Origin: an uncultured Candidatus Saccharibacteria bacterium
GTDB taxonomy: Bacteria; Patescibacteriota; Minisyncoccia; Phycocordibacterales; CSBR16-119
Length of the DNA stretch: 64,000 nucleotides
Direction of reading: 5' to 3'
Assembly (NCBI GenBank): GCA_964589975.1
Contig: CAZPVH010000002.1
Location: 68,217 to 132,216 of the forward strand
This document shows positions 27,754 to 36,650 of the stretch, in pieces (position 1 is the first letter of the stretch; the number at the start of each line of letters is the position of its first letter). The position numbers and the translations under genes are program-made. The notes beneath the pieces were generated by a model. The model had not been told where the DNA came from. It made no database searches and was given only the letters and a program-made list of their open reading frames with translations.

Positions 27754-29366
27754 TCTTGACGACGTTCTTCGTCACGCTGTTGGTCATGTTCCGCGAGCTT
27801 TTCCTCCGACAGTCCCTCGGTGATACCGAGTTTTTGTTTGAGGAGGGTGAGTTCGTTTGGGTGGACGAGCTTGATAAGTAGATCCAGCGCGTGACTGTCA
27901 CGGCTACCGTTCAACGGAACGGTCTCGGGATCTTGTTGTTGCCCATTTGATTCCACTATTAACGACGCATTCCCCTGTCGCAGTTCGTTTTGTCGGCTCT
28001 TCGATGCTGCCGATATCTTCTCCCTGATTTTCTCAAGGATGATATCGCGGTTCTCGAAGTAGATGAAGAAAGATTTGCCATTCGCCACACGTATACCCTG
28101 GAACGAGCCAGTAACACCGGGAGGCAGCATCGAGATGACCTTCTGATAGTTGTCCTGAAGCTTTTTCTTCAGCTCCGGACTCGCAGGCGTTACCGCGACA
28201 TACAGCAGTTTGTCATCTTCATCATCAACATTCGGGGTGTAGAAGTACTCCGCAAGAAGCCGCCAGTCGAAGAGCTTTTTGAAAACCTCCCTTACCACAG
28301 CTAGGCCGTCAGCCTTGTTGTAGCTGTCAGAAAGTTCTCTGATGATCTCCGAAGCTTTTTTCCCACGCCGTCTGAAGGCCTTTTCTCCGGCCTCGCTTAT
28401 GGCCAGGTAGACATTCTGCTTCCGCTCATCATGAGCCAACGCAGTTAGTCCATACTTCTGGAATAGCTCCAATACTTTTTCGGTATCAGTGCCTCGATCC
28501 ACGAAGGTGAACATGGCGAATTCATTCTTTCGCGACTCATGAGACTCGTACCTGAATCCCAAGAGGTGCTTCAGAATGAAATTGGCAGCGGTGTACGGAT
28601 CAACATCCATCAGCTTCCGGGTTTTGTGCGGCATGAATACCGGAACACTTCCGTAATCCTTGAGCTCGTAACGAAGTACGGAATGCTCATCTCCTTCTCC
28701 TTTCTGAATGTCGGGTTCATAGCCGAGTGTGGATTCAGCCACAGAAATGGCGCGTAAAGCTTCCGAGTCGTTCACGTAGAAATACTCGATCGCTACTCCT
28801 TTGTTCTCTAGCGGAACATAAGCACTTCGTCGTTTTGCACCAAAAAGCAGTTCGGCCTGATGGAAACGCTCGAGAATATCAAGCGCGGTTCGCATTGCCG
28901 GACTCCGTTGAACCTGGTCTGCTGGTGTCAGTGTACCCGCGTCCTTCGATGGTAAAACCACACGAGGCTTCTCCTCTTTTGGAACGCCTTGTGCCGGCTT
29001 TGGCGCTTGAGCTTTCTTGTTCTTCTTTTGCTCCAGGATCTCTAGGTAATCGTTGTACTCTTCTTTCGACACCTGCTCGACATTCACAAGCCTCATGGTC
29101 ACAGCCATCTTACCTGGGTGCTTCTCGGCCGAATCCATACTTCGCAGGTACTGCGCTGCTTTCGAACGTATGTACTTCGTCTTCGGACCATGAAAGAGGA
29201 TTTCTGTCCTCTCGAGATCAGGGGTGTCCAAGAATTCGAAAGTATTCCGATCTCCCGCGCTTGGTCCTTCTGATAGATGGTCTGGTTTGAACTTTCTGAT
29301 CAGGAATTTCGCCACCGTGCGTTCTTTACGACGCCTTGAGGTCATTTTGCCTTCGCTTGTGCCCAT
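27621..29366 (-). CDS. Hypothetical protein, paralog A of a tandem pair
   Basis: 581 aa. No signal peptide and no recognisable catalytic motifs. Homologous along its length to the downstream 585-aa protein. The last ~45 aa (GHVILDTSDPTVQKMMHEYNARLFRSLAEFRKVKQEA) are identical. Confidence 0.6.
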   Translation of the reverse strand: MGTSEGKMTSRRRKERTVAKFLIRKFKPDHLSEGPSAGDRNTFEFLDTPDLERTEILFHGPKTKYIRSKAAQYLRSMDSAEKHPGKMAVTMRLVNVEQVSKEEYNDYLEILEQKKNKKAQAPKPAQGVPKEEKPRVVLPSKDAGTLTPADQVQRSPAMRTALDILERFHQAELLFGAKRRSAYVPLENKGVAIEYFYVNDSEALRAISVAESTLGYEPDIQKGEGDEHSVLRYELKDYGSVPVFMPHKTRKLMDVDPYTAANFILKHLLGFRYESHESRKNEFAMFTFVDRGTDTEKVLELFQKYGLTALAHDERKQNVYLAISEAGEKAFRRRGKKASEIIRELSDSYNKADGLAVVREVFKKLFDWRLLAEYFYTPNVDDEDDKLLYVAVTPASPELKKKLQDNYQKVISMLPPGVTGSFQGIRVANGKSFFIYFENRDIILEKIREKISAASKSRQNELRQGNASLIVESNGQQQDPETVPLNGSRDSHALDLLIKLVHPNELTLLKQKLGITEGLSEEKLAEHDQQRDEERRQELEKQFAGHVILDTSDPTVQKMMHEYNARLFRSLAEFRKVKQEA

Positions 29367-29458
29367 TGGTTTAGGGGTTTTGGTGAGTTGAGAGCTCTTT
29401 TCAAAGAGCGGTCTCCGAATGGAGATTTATGTCAAATTAGCATACAAAATCATAACTT

Positions 29459-29638
29459 GTCAAATCAAAACCCCGCGCACATGGCGCGGGGGTTTGAAAA
29501 GTGCTCAAGCTTCTTGCTTCACCTTACGGAACTCTGCAAGGCTTCGGAACAGCCTGGCATTGTACTCGTGCATCATCTTCTGCACTGTCGGATCGCTCGT
29601 GTCGAGGATTACGTGGCCGGCGAACTGCTTTTCCAGCT
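29459..29638 (-). repeat. 180-bp block identical to 27574-27753 (3' end of paralog B plus its terminator)
   Basis: See copy 1. Includes the terminator hairpin at 29462-29492 and a TTGACA box. Confidence 0.8.
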
Positions 29639-31262
29639 CGTTGGCACGTTCTTCGTCACGCTGTTGGTCGCGTTGCCTCACCTGTTCCTCTGACATTCCC
29701 TCGGTGAAGCCGAGTTTTTGTTTGAGGAGGGTGAGTTCGTCTTCGGTTGCCAGATCAACGAACCCCATCAACATGCGGAGCGCCAGAGACTCAGACTGCA
29801 CTGCTTCCTCCGGTTTGTCCAGGGCGGAAGCGGGTTCCTGCTCCTTTTGCCTTGGTGACCCCTGTCGCATTCCACCCTCATCTATTTTCCTCATCACGCT
29901 TGCGCGATCTGGGAAGTAAAAGAAGAGAGATGTCGTGCTTGTCAGACGTCCTTCAAAAGTCACTTCGACCCCAGCAGGCAATTTTTTCTGGATTGCACCG
30001 ATATTGTCACGAAGCACCTGCTTGCCCGGTTCTGCTTTGGCGCTGATTGCCATATAAAGCAGCGTTCCGTCTGCTGCAAAAGCCGGCGGTGGAACCATTC
30101 CGTAGTCGCTGCCAGCAGTCCATCCAGGGACAGCTTTCAGCGTGCCCGTTATCAGGGCGCGCGCTGAAACTGCATCAAAGACTTCTTCTGCCATTGTGTT
30201 GCTCGTGTTGGTAGGTGTATCGGCCGTAGAGTTAACCACGGTCATCTTCGCTCCGATCATGTCGGCGTTTTTGATGCGGAAGCATCGAGCGTCCAGCTTA
30301 TCGGCGGCATACGGGATGCCGAAGACAGTGAGACGTTCCAGTACTTCATCGCGCTTGTCATTGTGGCCGAGTCGGAAGATCGTGTTCTCGAGAGAAGACG
30401 GACCTTCGATCTTGCATTCGAACCGAAGCATTTTCGCGACGATGAATGTGGCTACCTTGACGGCAGAGAGCTGGCGCCCTTCGATGGTTCGGCTTTTCCT
30501 TGGCCGCAGGGTACGGAAGTTCGCATTCTTCAGTTCATTCAGGCAGAACTGAAGCACGACTTTTTCCGCATTGCGATTCCCCGGTCTCACGAGCGGCGTA
30601 TAACCGAAACAGTCCTCTGAAAGCTTCACGGCTTCGCTCGCCTCGATCTCGTCGAAGTAGTTATACTCGACGGCGACTTCGGGCAAATGACTCGGCAGGA
30701 AGACAAGTTCCGCTCTGCGGTTCTTGGTCCCGAGGAGCAGCTTGCTTTCATGCAAGAGCCTCACGGCTTCAAGACCCCGCTGTAGCGCCGAATCAGTTTG
30801 AACCATATCCTTCGGAGAAAGTCCGCCCTGCAGGTCACTCTTGACCGGGACTTTTTCAACAGGAGGCGTATCAGAGCGTCCGAAAATTCGTCCCTCGGGC
30901 ATTGGCTCTATGTCTTTCAGATGAAGAACAAACGATCCGTAGATAGTTCGGTCTTCCGCCTTATGGCCCTGCTGTCGGAAGTATATGATTGCTTCCTGTT
31001 TCAGCTTAGAGGCATTCCCGCCCGCGAATTGCACGATCGTCTTATTGTACGGGTTTGAATGCACATGATCCTTGAAGTGGAAGTAACTCCCTCCAGCCGA
31101 CCTGCTTTCAACGAGGTTGAATTCTGCGAATTTCTTGATCAGCATCTCTGCTACAACACGTTCCCTGAGGATCTTTTCTTTCTCGGTCCAAATCATTGGC
31201 GCCGCGCTTGCGGGGGCTACTGCTGTGTTCATGGTCCTGGTTTTTGGTTTGGTTTTGAGCAC
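29505..31262 (-). CDS. Hypothetical protein, paralog B of a tandem pair
   Basis: 585 aa. Matches paralog A in blocks such as VAEMLIKKFAEF versus VAKFLIRKFKPD, and AVEYNYFDEIEASEAVKLSEDCFGYTP versus AIEYFYVNDSEALRAISVAESTLGYEP. Identical C-terminus. Putative TTGACA-17-TAAATT promoter upstream. Confidence 0.6.
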   Translation of the reverse strand: MLKTKPKTRTMNTAVAPASAAPMIWTEKEKILRERVVAEMLIKKFAEFNLVESRSAGGSYFHFKDHVHSNPYNKTIVQFAGGNASKLKQEAIIYFRQQGHKAEDRTIYGSFVLHLKDIEPMPEGRIFGRSDTPPVEKVPVKSDLQGGLSPKDMVQTDSALQRGLEAVRLLHESKLLLGTKNRRAELVFLPSHLPEVAVEYNYFDEIEASEAVKLSEDCFGYTPLVRPGNRNAEKVVLQFCLNELKNANFRTLRPRKSRTIEGRQLSAVKVATFIVAKMLRFECKIEGPSSLENTIFRLGHNDKRDEVLERLTVFGIPYAADKLDARCFRIKNADMIGAKMTVVNSTADTPTNTSNTMAEEVFDAVSARALITGTLKAVPGWTAGSDYGMVPPPAFAADGTLLYMAISAKAEPGKQVLRDNIGAIQKKLPAGVEVTFEGRLTSTTSLFFYFPDRASVMRKIDEGGMRQGSPRQKEQEPASALDKPEEAVQSESLALRMLMGFVDLATEDELTLLKQKLGFTEGMSEEQVRQRDQQRDEERANELEKQFAGHVILDTSDPTVQKMMHEYNARLFRSLAEFRKVKQEA

Positions 31263-31366
31263 CTTTTCAAGGTACTTTTGGTTTTGGTTTCTAGTCGAAA
31301 TTTACTATTAAAAAATAGTTTTGTCAATAAACAAGGTAAGAATACTAAAACTTACTTAAATGAGCC

Positions 31367-33586
31367 TTATTTTGCGTAGTTTTCGGCTTCAGAAAATTTG
31401 ATTGAGAGGAGTTTCGAGCCGCCATCAGAACCGATAGTTACGCCGTAAATTACGTCGGAGCGTGACATGGTTTCCCTGTTGTGAGTCACGGTGATGAGGT
31501 TTGAATACTTTGAAAGCATCTCGATCATGTCGCCATAACGCCTGGAGTTCGCTTCGTCTAGGGCCGCATCGGTCTCGTCGAGCACCAAAAACGGCGGCGG
31601 ATTAACCTGAGTCATGGCGAAGACTAATGCAATGGATGTAAGCGAGCGCTCACCGCCAGAGAGCATATGGAGGTCTTTCACTTTTTTCTGCGGAAGCGTG
31701 ACGTTTATGTCGATTCCCGCATCAAGCTCTTCGGTGTCATCTCCGATGGCTTCTTCACCCTCTTCTTGAGTATTCGCGCGCCGAGGCTGCATGATGGATG
31801 AGAGGTACGCCGCCCCGCCGCCGAACATTTGTTTGAAAAACTCAGCAAATCGGTCATTAATTTTCTCGAGTCCAGTTTTAAATTCCCTATCAAGCGTTTC
31901 TTTTAGCTCCGCGATCAGCGTTGTGAGATTCTGAATGCTTTTGTCCAGGTCCTCAAGCTCTTTAGCCAGGAATTCATCACGTTCGCTAGTCTCTTTGTAC
32001 TCTTTCATGACATCATCGCCAGTACCAGTGCCGATATCTTCTAGCCTGATCTTTAGGCGCTCGATCATCCGACGAGCTTCGTCAATATTTTCGATCGGCG
32101 CGGATTCAAAATTTTTGTACGAGAGAATACTTTGGCCAACCAGAGCGACCGCTTCGCGCATTTCATTCTCAAAATTATTTTTCCGCGCGCTTAAATTCTT
32201 CAGGCGTTCTGAAAGTATCTCTTCTTCAGCCAGAAGTTTGTTTCTCCTGCCTTCCAGAGAGAATCTTTCTTCTTGGTCCTTGAAAGCAGCCCTTCTCTTT
32301 TCTTCCGCGTCGAGACGGAGGCCCGCTATCTTTCCAGCGTGGCCAGCTTTAATTTTCTCGATCTCTTCAATCTGAACTGAAATATCGCGCTTTGTGGTTT
32401 CAAAATCTTTGACGCCAACCTTTTCAGCGCTGCTTCCTGTCGACTTTCGGAATTTATCCCGAAATGCTTCAAAAAGCATCTTTATCCGACGGAGATTTTC
32501 TTTGATTCCCTCAAGGTCATCTTCCGAGATAGAACTCTCTATGAATTGCTCGAGATCGCGAGTAAAGGCATCGAATTCGTCCGCTTTTATAGAGATAGAT
32601 GATGGCGCGCCAGACTGACGAGATTCCATCTCGATCATTCCTTCGATACGGCCAAGTTTTCTGGAAAGCTCATCTTTTGTCCGATCTAGTGTAGTGATTT
32701 CATTTTGTATTTTTGAGATTTCAGCATTCAAAGAATCGTCAACACCACTACCGGAAGCATCCTTCATTGAAGCAAGCCTAACTTCAATTTCTTTTAATTC
32801 TTTTTCGGAACCTGATCTGTGATTCCTGAGGGCCGACTCCTCACTCGCGAGATACGACTCTTCGCCTTTGAAATATGATAGGTAAAGATTCGAAAGCTCG
32901 TTCCGGAGTTCTGCCCCTTTTTCAATCTTCTCTACCTGCTTTTTTAGGTATTTTATATGTGGAGCAAGTTCCCGTCGCATCAGACCAACTTCCTTCATAT
33001 TCTCACGAGTTTTGTCGAGTTTTTTGCCCGCGTCTTTCAAACGGTACTGGTAGACCTTGAGTCCGAGCGCATCCTCAATCATCGTTCGACGGTCTTTCGA
33101 AGAGCTCGTAAGAATTCTGTCAGCCTGGCCTTGAGAAATGATGTGATGTCCGGACGAGCCTATATTAACCGATGCCAAAAGCTCCACTATGTCCTTCAAA
33201 CGAACGCTGGTGCCGTTTATGGAGTAAACATTATTCCCATCAGGATAAACTTCGCGTCGAAGGATTATGTCGTCAAAATCAAGCGGCAAAGGTTCCGACC
33301 TGTCTCCCATCCGGAAAACCCGGTCTTTGTTATCAAAAGTGATTTCGACAGAGGCGCGTGAACCCTTCGGCAAATCTTTCGATCCTTTGAAAATGAGATC
33401 CGACCCCGTCTTGCCTCGAAGGCTTTTCATGGACTGTTCGCCAAGGACAAATCTAAAGGCTTCGACAATATTAGACTTGCCGGAACCGTTCGGACCGACT
33501 ACGCCGACAACCGGGACGTCAAAATCAAGCTTGCTCTTTTTGGCAAACGACTTAAACCCGACAAGTTCGATTGTCTTTAGCTTCAT
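31367..33586 (-). CDS. Short SMC-family ATPase (chromosome-partition-like, hinge not recognisable)
   Basis: 739 aa. N-terminal Walker A (GPNGSGKSN), a long coiled-coil, then C-terminal signature LSGGERSLTSIALVFAM, Walker B LVLDETDAALDE and H-loop TVTHN. It sits directly downstream of rnc, the conserved smc position, but is about 400 aa shorter than a typical SMC, and no Gly-rich hinge motif was seen. Confidence 0.7.
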   Translation of the reverse strand: MKLKTIELVGFKSFAKKSKLDFDVPVVGVVGPNGSGKSNIVEAFRFVLGEQSMKSLRGKTGSDLIFKGSKDLPKGSRASVEITFDNKDRVFRMGDRSEPLPLDFDDIILRREVYPDGNNVYSINGTSVRLKDIVELLASVNIGSSGHHIISQGQADRILTSSSKDRRTMIEDALGLKVYQYRLKDAGKKLDKTRENMKEVGLMRRELAPHIKYLKKQVEKIEKGAELRNELSNLYLSYFKGEESYLASEESALRNHRSGSEKELKEIEVRLASMKDASGSGVDDSLNAEISKIQNEITTLDRTKDELSRKLGRIEGMIEMESRQSGAPSSISIKADEFDAFTRDLEQFIESSISEDDLEGIKENLRRIKMLFEAFRDKFRKSTGSSAEKVGVKDFETTKRDISVQIEEIEKIKAGHAGKIAGLRLDAEEKRRAAFKDQEERFSLEGRRNKLLAEEEILSERLKNLSARKNNFENEMREAVALVGQSILSYKNFESAPIENIDEARRMIERLKIRLEDIGTGTGDDVMKEYKETSERDEFLAKELEDLDKSIQNLTTLIAELKETLDREFKTGLEKINDRFAEFFKQMFGGGAAYLSSIMQPRRANTQEEGEEAIGDDTEELDAGIDINVTLPQKKVKDLHMLSGGERSLTSIALVFAMTQVNPPPFLVLDETDAALDEANSRRYGDMIEMLSKYSNLITVTHNRETMSRSDVIYGVTIGSDGGSKLLSIKFSEAENYAK

Positions 33587-33643
33587 TCCTTATATTTTAC
33601 CATATGGATAGTCTGTTTATCCTGTGAAATCCATGCCCTCCCC

Positions 33644-33772
33644 GCGGAGCAAATATGTTTCAGGAAAGGGCTTGCCGGAGGATTTTTGTTTACAAAAAAT
33701 CTGAGGCAGAAGAAAATCCGGCTTCTGAATGCCGGATTATTCTGGTCCTTTCATGAAACATATTTGCGGAGC
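33644..33772. mobile_element. MITE-like 115-bp element with 19-bp terminal inverted repeats and a 7-bp target-site duplication
   Basis: TSD GCGGAGC at 33644-33650 and 33766-33772. The TIRs AAATATGTTTCAGGAAAGG (33651-33669) and CCTTTCATGAAACATATTT (33747-33765) match 18/19 as an inverted repeat. The interior has nested hairpins (AATCCGGC-TTCTGAAT-GCCGGATT). Confidence 0.45.
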
Positions 33773-33773
33773 C

Positions 33774-34469
33774 CTAATCTAGCCAAGACTTTAGCTCAAG
33801 AGCCGCCCTCGCCGCTGCCTGCTCCCCTTCTTGTTTAGATTTGCCGCCGCCTTTGGCAATTAGATCGTTTCCAAAAAATATGCCGATGACGAAATTCTTG
33901 TCGTGGTCCGGACCGGTCTCTTCGAGTGTTTCGTAGCGCGGTGTGACATTTACCATTTCCTGAGCTTTTTCCTGGACCAGAGATTTGGCGTCGCGCCAAA
34001 GCTTCTGTTTAACGATAGCGTCAATCTTGCCAAAAAGAGAGGCGGCGATGAATTCCTTGGCCTTGTCATATCCGGCATCGAGATAAATCGCGCCGACCAT
34101 AGCTTCAAAAGCATTGGCCAAAATATATTCGCGAGCTTTGCCTTTGTCTTTAGCTTCGCCTTTCGAGAGAAGCAAAAAGCTATTCATCCCGAGCTCAGTC
34201 GCGGCTTCAGAAATTGAAACGGTATTAACCATGGCGGCGCGGATCGCCGTCATCTCGCCTTCTGGTTTTTCCGGGAAGCGCTTGTAAAGCTCTTCGGTTG
34301 TCACAAGCTCAAGAACCGCATCGCCGAGGAACTCCAGGCGCTCGTTGTGAGTCGTGGCCACGCCAGAATTCTCGTTTATGTACGAGCGATGGATGAAAGC
34401 CTGCTTCAATAAATTTTTATCTTTAAAATTGAGGTTGTGTTTTTCTTCGAAAAGGCTGAAATCGGTCAT
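33774..34469 (-). CDS. rnc: Ribonuclease III
   Basis: 231 aa. RNase III signature ERLEFLGDAVLELV, catalytic Glu/Asp residues, and a C-terminal dsRBD (GGGKSKQEGEQAAARAALE). Confidence 0.9.
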   Translation of the reverse strand: MTDFSLFEEKHNLNFKDKNLLKQAFIHRSYINENSGVATTHNERLEFLGDAVLELVTTEELYKRFPEKPEGEMTAIRAAMVNTVSISEAATELGMNSFLLLSKGEAKDKGKAREYILANAFEAMVGAIYLDAGYDKAKEFIAASLFGKIDAIVKQKLWRDAKSLVQEKAQEMVNVTPRYETLEETGPDHDKNFVIGIFFGNDLIAKGGGKSKQEGEQAAARAALELKSWLD

Positions 34470-34470
34470 C

Positions 34471-35379
34471 TTAGGATACTTTCGTTGTAATATACTCGAC
34501 TGACTGGGCGAGAAGCGGCAAGATATCGTCGTAAGTATTTATGCTTTCGAGCTCCGAAAGCTTGAACCATTTGGCTCCGTCAAGGCCCCCGTTCGAATGG
34601 AGATCCATCTCTTTATACTCGGTTTTCACCAGATAATAGCTTACCTGCTTCAGGATTTTACCTTTTTCCGGGTGAGATGCAACATATTCGTTTTCACCCA
34701 AAAGTCGGACGATTTCCGTATCAAGTCCGGTCTTTTCTTTGATCTCACGGATCGCGCCCTGCTCAGATGTCTCTCCTGCTTCGACGCCGCCCTTTGCAAG
34801 CGTCCAATATCCGAATACATCGTGCACAAGCCCAACTAACGGCTCGCCATCTTTTTCCGTAATGATGACGCCACCAGCTTTTTTCTCTTTCGGAAGTTTG
34901 TCTGGATCAACTTCGGCGCTATTGTTCTGTTTCTTCTTTGAAACTTCATCTTTGCCTGGCTCGCCGAGTTCTTTGTAGACGGCTCCAAGAACTCCGTTCA
35001 CGAACTTGCCGGATTTTTCTCCGCCGAAAGTTTTCGCGAGTTCGATGGCTTCATTGATGGCAACTTTTGGCGGAACCTCTTCTTTGTTTCCAAATAAAAG
35101 TTCAGCGAGTCCGATACGAAGAACGTTTCTGTCAACAATAGCGATCTTATCCATCGGCCAATCCGGCGCAGCTTTCTCGATGATCTCGTCGATTAAGGTG
35201 TGCTTTTTTTGAACCAAGTCAAAAAGCCCCTTTGTAAAAGAGTTTTCCTTGAGTCCCGGAGCGAACTCAACAATGTTACGGTTTAATTTCTCATCAGTTC
35301 CTTCCGCTGACATGCCGTTAAAATCCCACTCAAAGAGTGTTTGTAAGACGACTGATCGCGCAAGGTGCCTATTGGCCAT
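34471..35379 (-). CDS. nusB: NusB-like antitermination domain fused to a NUDIX hydrolase domain
   Basis: 302 aa. The N-terminal ~140 aa are NusB-like ([14 protein letters not shown]..., [11 protein letters not shown]). The C-terminal ~150 aa carry a Nudix box ([24 protein letters not shown]). Confidence 0.7.
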   Translation of the reverse strand: MANRHLARSVVLQTLFEWDFNGMSAEGTDEKLNRNIVEFAPGLKENSFTKGLFDLVQKKHTLIDEIIEKAAPDWPMDKIAIVDRNVLRIGLAELLFGNKEEVPPKVAINEAIELAKTFGGEKSGKFVNGVLGAVYKELGEPGKDEVSKKKQNNSAEVDPDKLPKEKKAGGVIITEKDGEPLVGLVHDVFGYWTLAKGGVEAGETSEQGAIREIKEKTGLDTEIVRLLGENEYVASHPEKGKILKQVSYYLVKTEYKEMDLHSNGGLDGAKWFKLSELESINTYDDILPLLAQSVEYITTKVS

Positions 35380-35451
35380 ATGATAAGAACAAAAACTATA
35401 TTTAAAAGACCTTTATATTCTAGCAGACAAACAAAAAAGAACAAAAGCGAA

Positions 35452-35655
35452 CTACTTCGCTTTCGTCTTCTTGTCTCCTACCTTCACTACCGCGAGAACT
35501 TGTTTACCGCGGTACTTTCCCGTTTCGAGGGAAACCCTGTGACGAAGATGAGGAGTATTAGTTTCCTTATCAATCACGATGTTTGCCATCGGAGCTCTAT
35601 GATGAGACCTACGATTTTTCGTATGGGCTCTTGTATGTCGCATTCGGACTACCAT
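35452..35655 (-). CDS. rpmF: 50S ribosomal protein L32 (Cys-less variant)
   Basis: 67 aa: M..RHTRAHTKNRRSHHRA...PHLRHRVSLETGKYRGKQV. This matches the bL32 N-terminal RRSH motif and ribbon region, with the Cys ligands replaced. Confidence 0.65.
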   Translation of the reverse strand: MVVRMRHTRAHTKNRRSHHRAPMANIVIDKETNTPHLRHRVSLETGKYRGKQVLAVVKVGDKKTKAK

Positions 35656-35720
35656 GGCAACTAGTATACGGAAATCGCCAAATAATGCAAGAACGCCGCC
35701 CGGATGGGGCGGCGTTCGTC

Positions 35721-36524
35721 TTACTTTACATCAGAATGCAAATCGCGCTTCTTGAAGAGGAGCGGTGCATCGCGTTGGACCACGAAATCTCCAGCCTCTC
35801 CAGGGCGCGTGGGCGCATGCAGGACGTATTGGTACTTGCGAGCATCGAAGCCAACGCCTGAAGCCCATTTGTAGTCTGCTTTACCATTCTGATGAATACT
35901 GAATAAAGATGAATGTGCTTGCGACACCGATACTGGCTTCATCGCTGCTATCAATCCCCAAACATGCAACTCGGCATCGCTATCGAATCTGCTCAACAGC
36001 GCCTGTGGAGCTTCTTTAGGTAGAAGGGGCTCAAGTCCATAATCAGCTGCTCGCTTGATAACCTCGGTCATCCTTACATTTGGAGGTGTCAGGTCAATGT
36101 CACGAGGCGTCAACGTAATGGTCTTAATCATGAGAGGGAACTTTAGCTGCCCGATGTGTTTCGAACACAGAAGTTCGTGCGCTCTCACGGCGCTAACACC
36201 TGGCTGCGCCTCATCGATCATTGCTTTTTCTTGGATGAGTAATTTACCGATGGATTTGCTCCCTCTCAAGATGCTGATGTGTTGTTCGGGATTACTGAAT
36301 TGGAGGATATACGTATCGTGGTACTTGCGGGACCAATCTACGACCCTTCCCGTCTCAAAGATGATTTCCTGAAGACGTGCCTTTACCTTCTTGCGATCAA
36401 GCTTTCCGGGATGACCCTCTGGCGCATCAATCCGCTTGATCATGAACATGACGGTCCTCATGAGATCACCCAATTCTTCATCGGGCAATCTCGTGTCTTT
36501 TCTGACTCCTTTTACTTTTTCCAT
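35721..36524 (-). CDS. Hypothetical protein (paralog of 36651-37406)
   Basis: 267 aa. Shared blocks with the upstream gene, for example HPGKLDRKKVKARLQEI versus KAGKLDYDRVVRGLQEL, and YGLEPLLPKEAPQ versus CGLEEISASYAPQ. Followed by its own terminator at 35690-35718. Confidence 0.45.
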   Translation of the reverse strand: MEKVKGVRKDTRLPDEELGDLMRTVMFMIKRIDAPEGHPGKLDRKKVKARLQEIIFETGRVVDWSRKYHDTYILQFSNPEQHISILRGSKSIGKLLIQEKAMIDEAQPGVSAVRAHELLCSKHIGQLKFPLMIKTITLTPRDIDLTPPNVRMTEVIKRAADYGLEPLLPKEAPQALLSRFDSDAELHVWGLIAAMKPVSVSQAHSSLFSIHQNGKADYKWASGVGFDARKYQYVLHAPTRPGEAGDFVVQRDAPLLFKKRDLHSDVK

Positions 36525-36650
36525 GTTGGGAAAGTTCTACTGTGATCGGAATTGAAGGCTTCCGACCGTGGCCTTGTTTGTCATCACTTTACGTATAAAG
36601 AAAAATATTGCAAGAGAAAGGCCCGGCGCATACGCCGGGCCTCTTATCGC

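Noticed and set aside
27597-27881. Plus-strand ORFs 27597-27881 and 29388-29693 with nearly identical starts (MARGFEKCSSFLLHLTELCKASEQPGIVLVHHLLHCRIARVEDYVAGELLFQ).
   Set aside because: They are antisense read-throughs of the duplicated 180-bp block at the 3' ends of paralogs A and B, with the terminator hairpin inside the supposed ORF. Their identity is explained by the DNA repeat.
27574-29638. The identical 3' blocks of paralogs A and B as a diversity-generating-retroelement variable/template repeat pair.
   Set aside because: The two copies are 100% identical, with no adenine-specific differences. The identity extends into the non-coding terminator, and no reverse transcriptase is present.
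31336-31366. CTTATTTTGCGTAG near the smc stop resembles the start of the E3 element interior (CTTATTTTGCGTAAC).
   Set aside because: It is the smc C-terminal coding sequence (YAK-stop on the minus strand). No CCCGTTAGAGAT arm accompanies it, so it is a chance 13-nt match.
31367-33586. The SMC-like ATPase as the LmuB component of a Lamassu-type defence system.
   Set aside because: No LmuA-like effector or other defence gene is adjacent. The gene occupies the conserved housekeeping position immediately after rnc. Its short length is noted as a finding, but a defence role is not supported.
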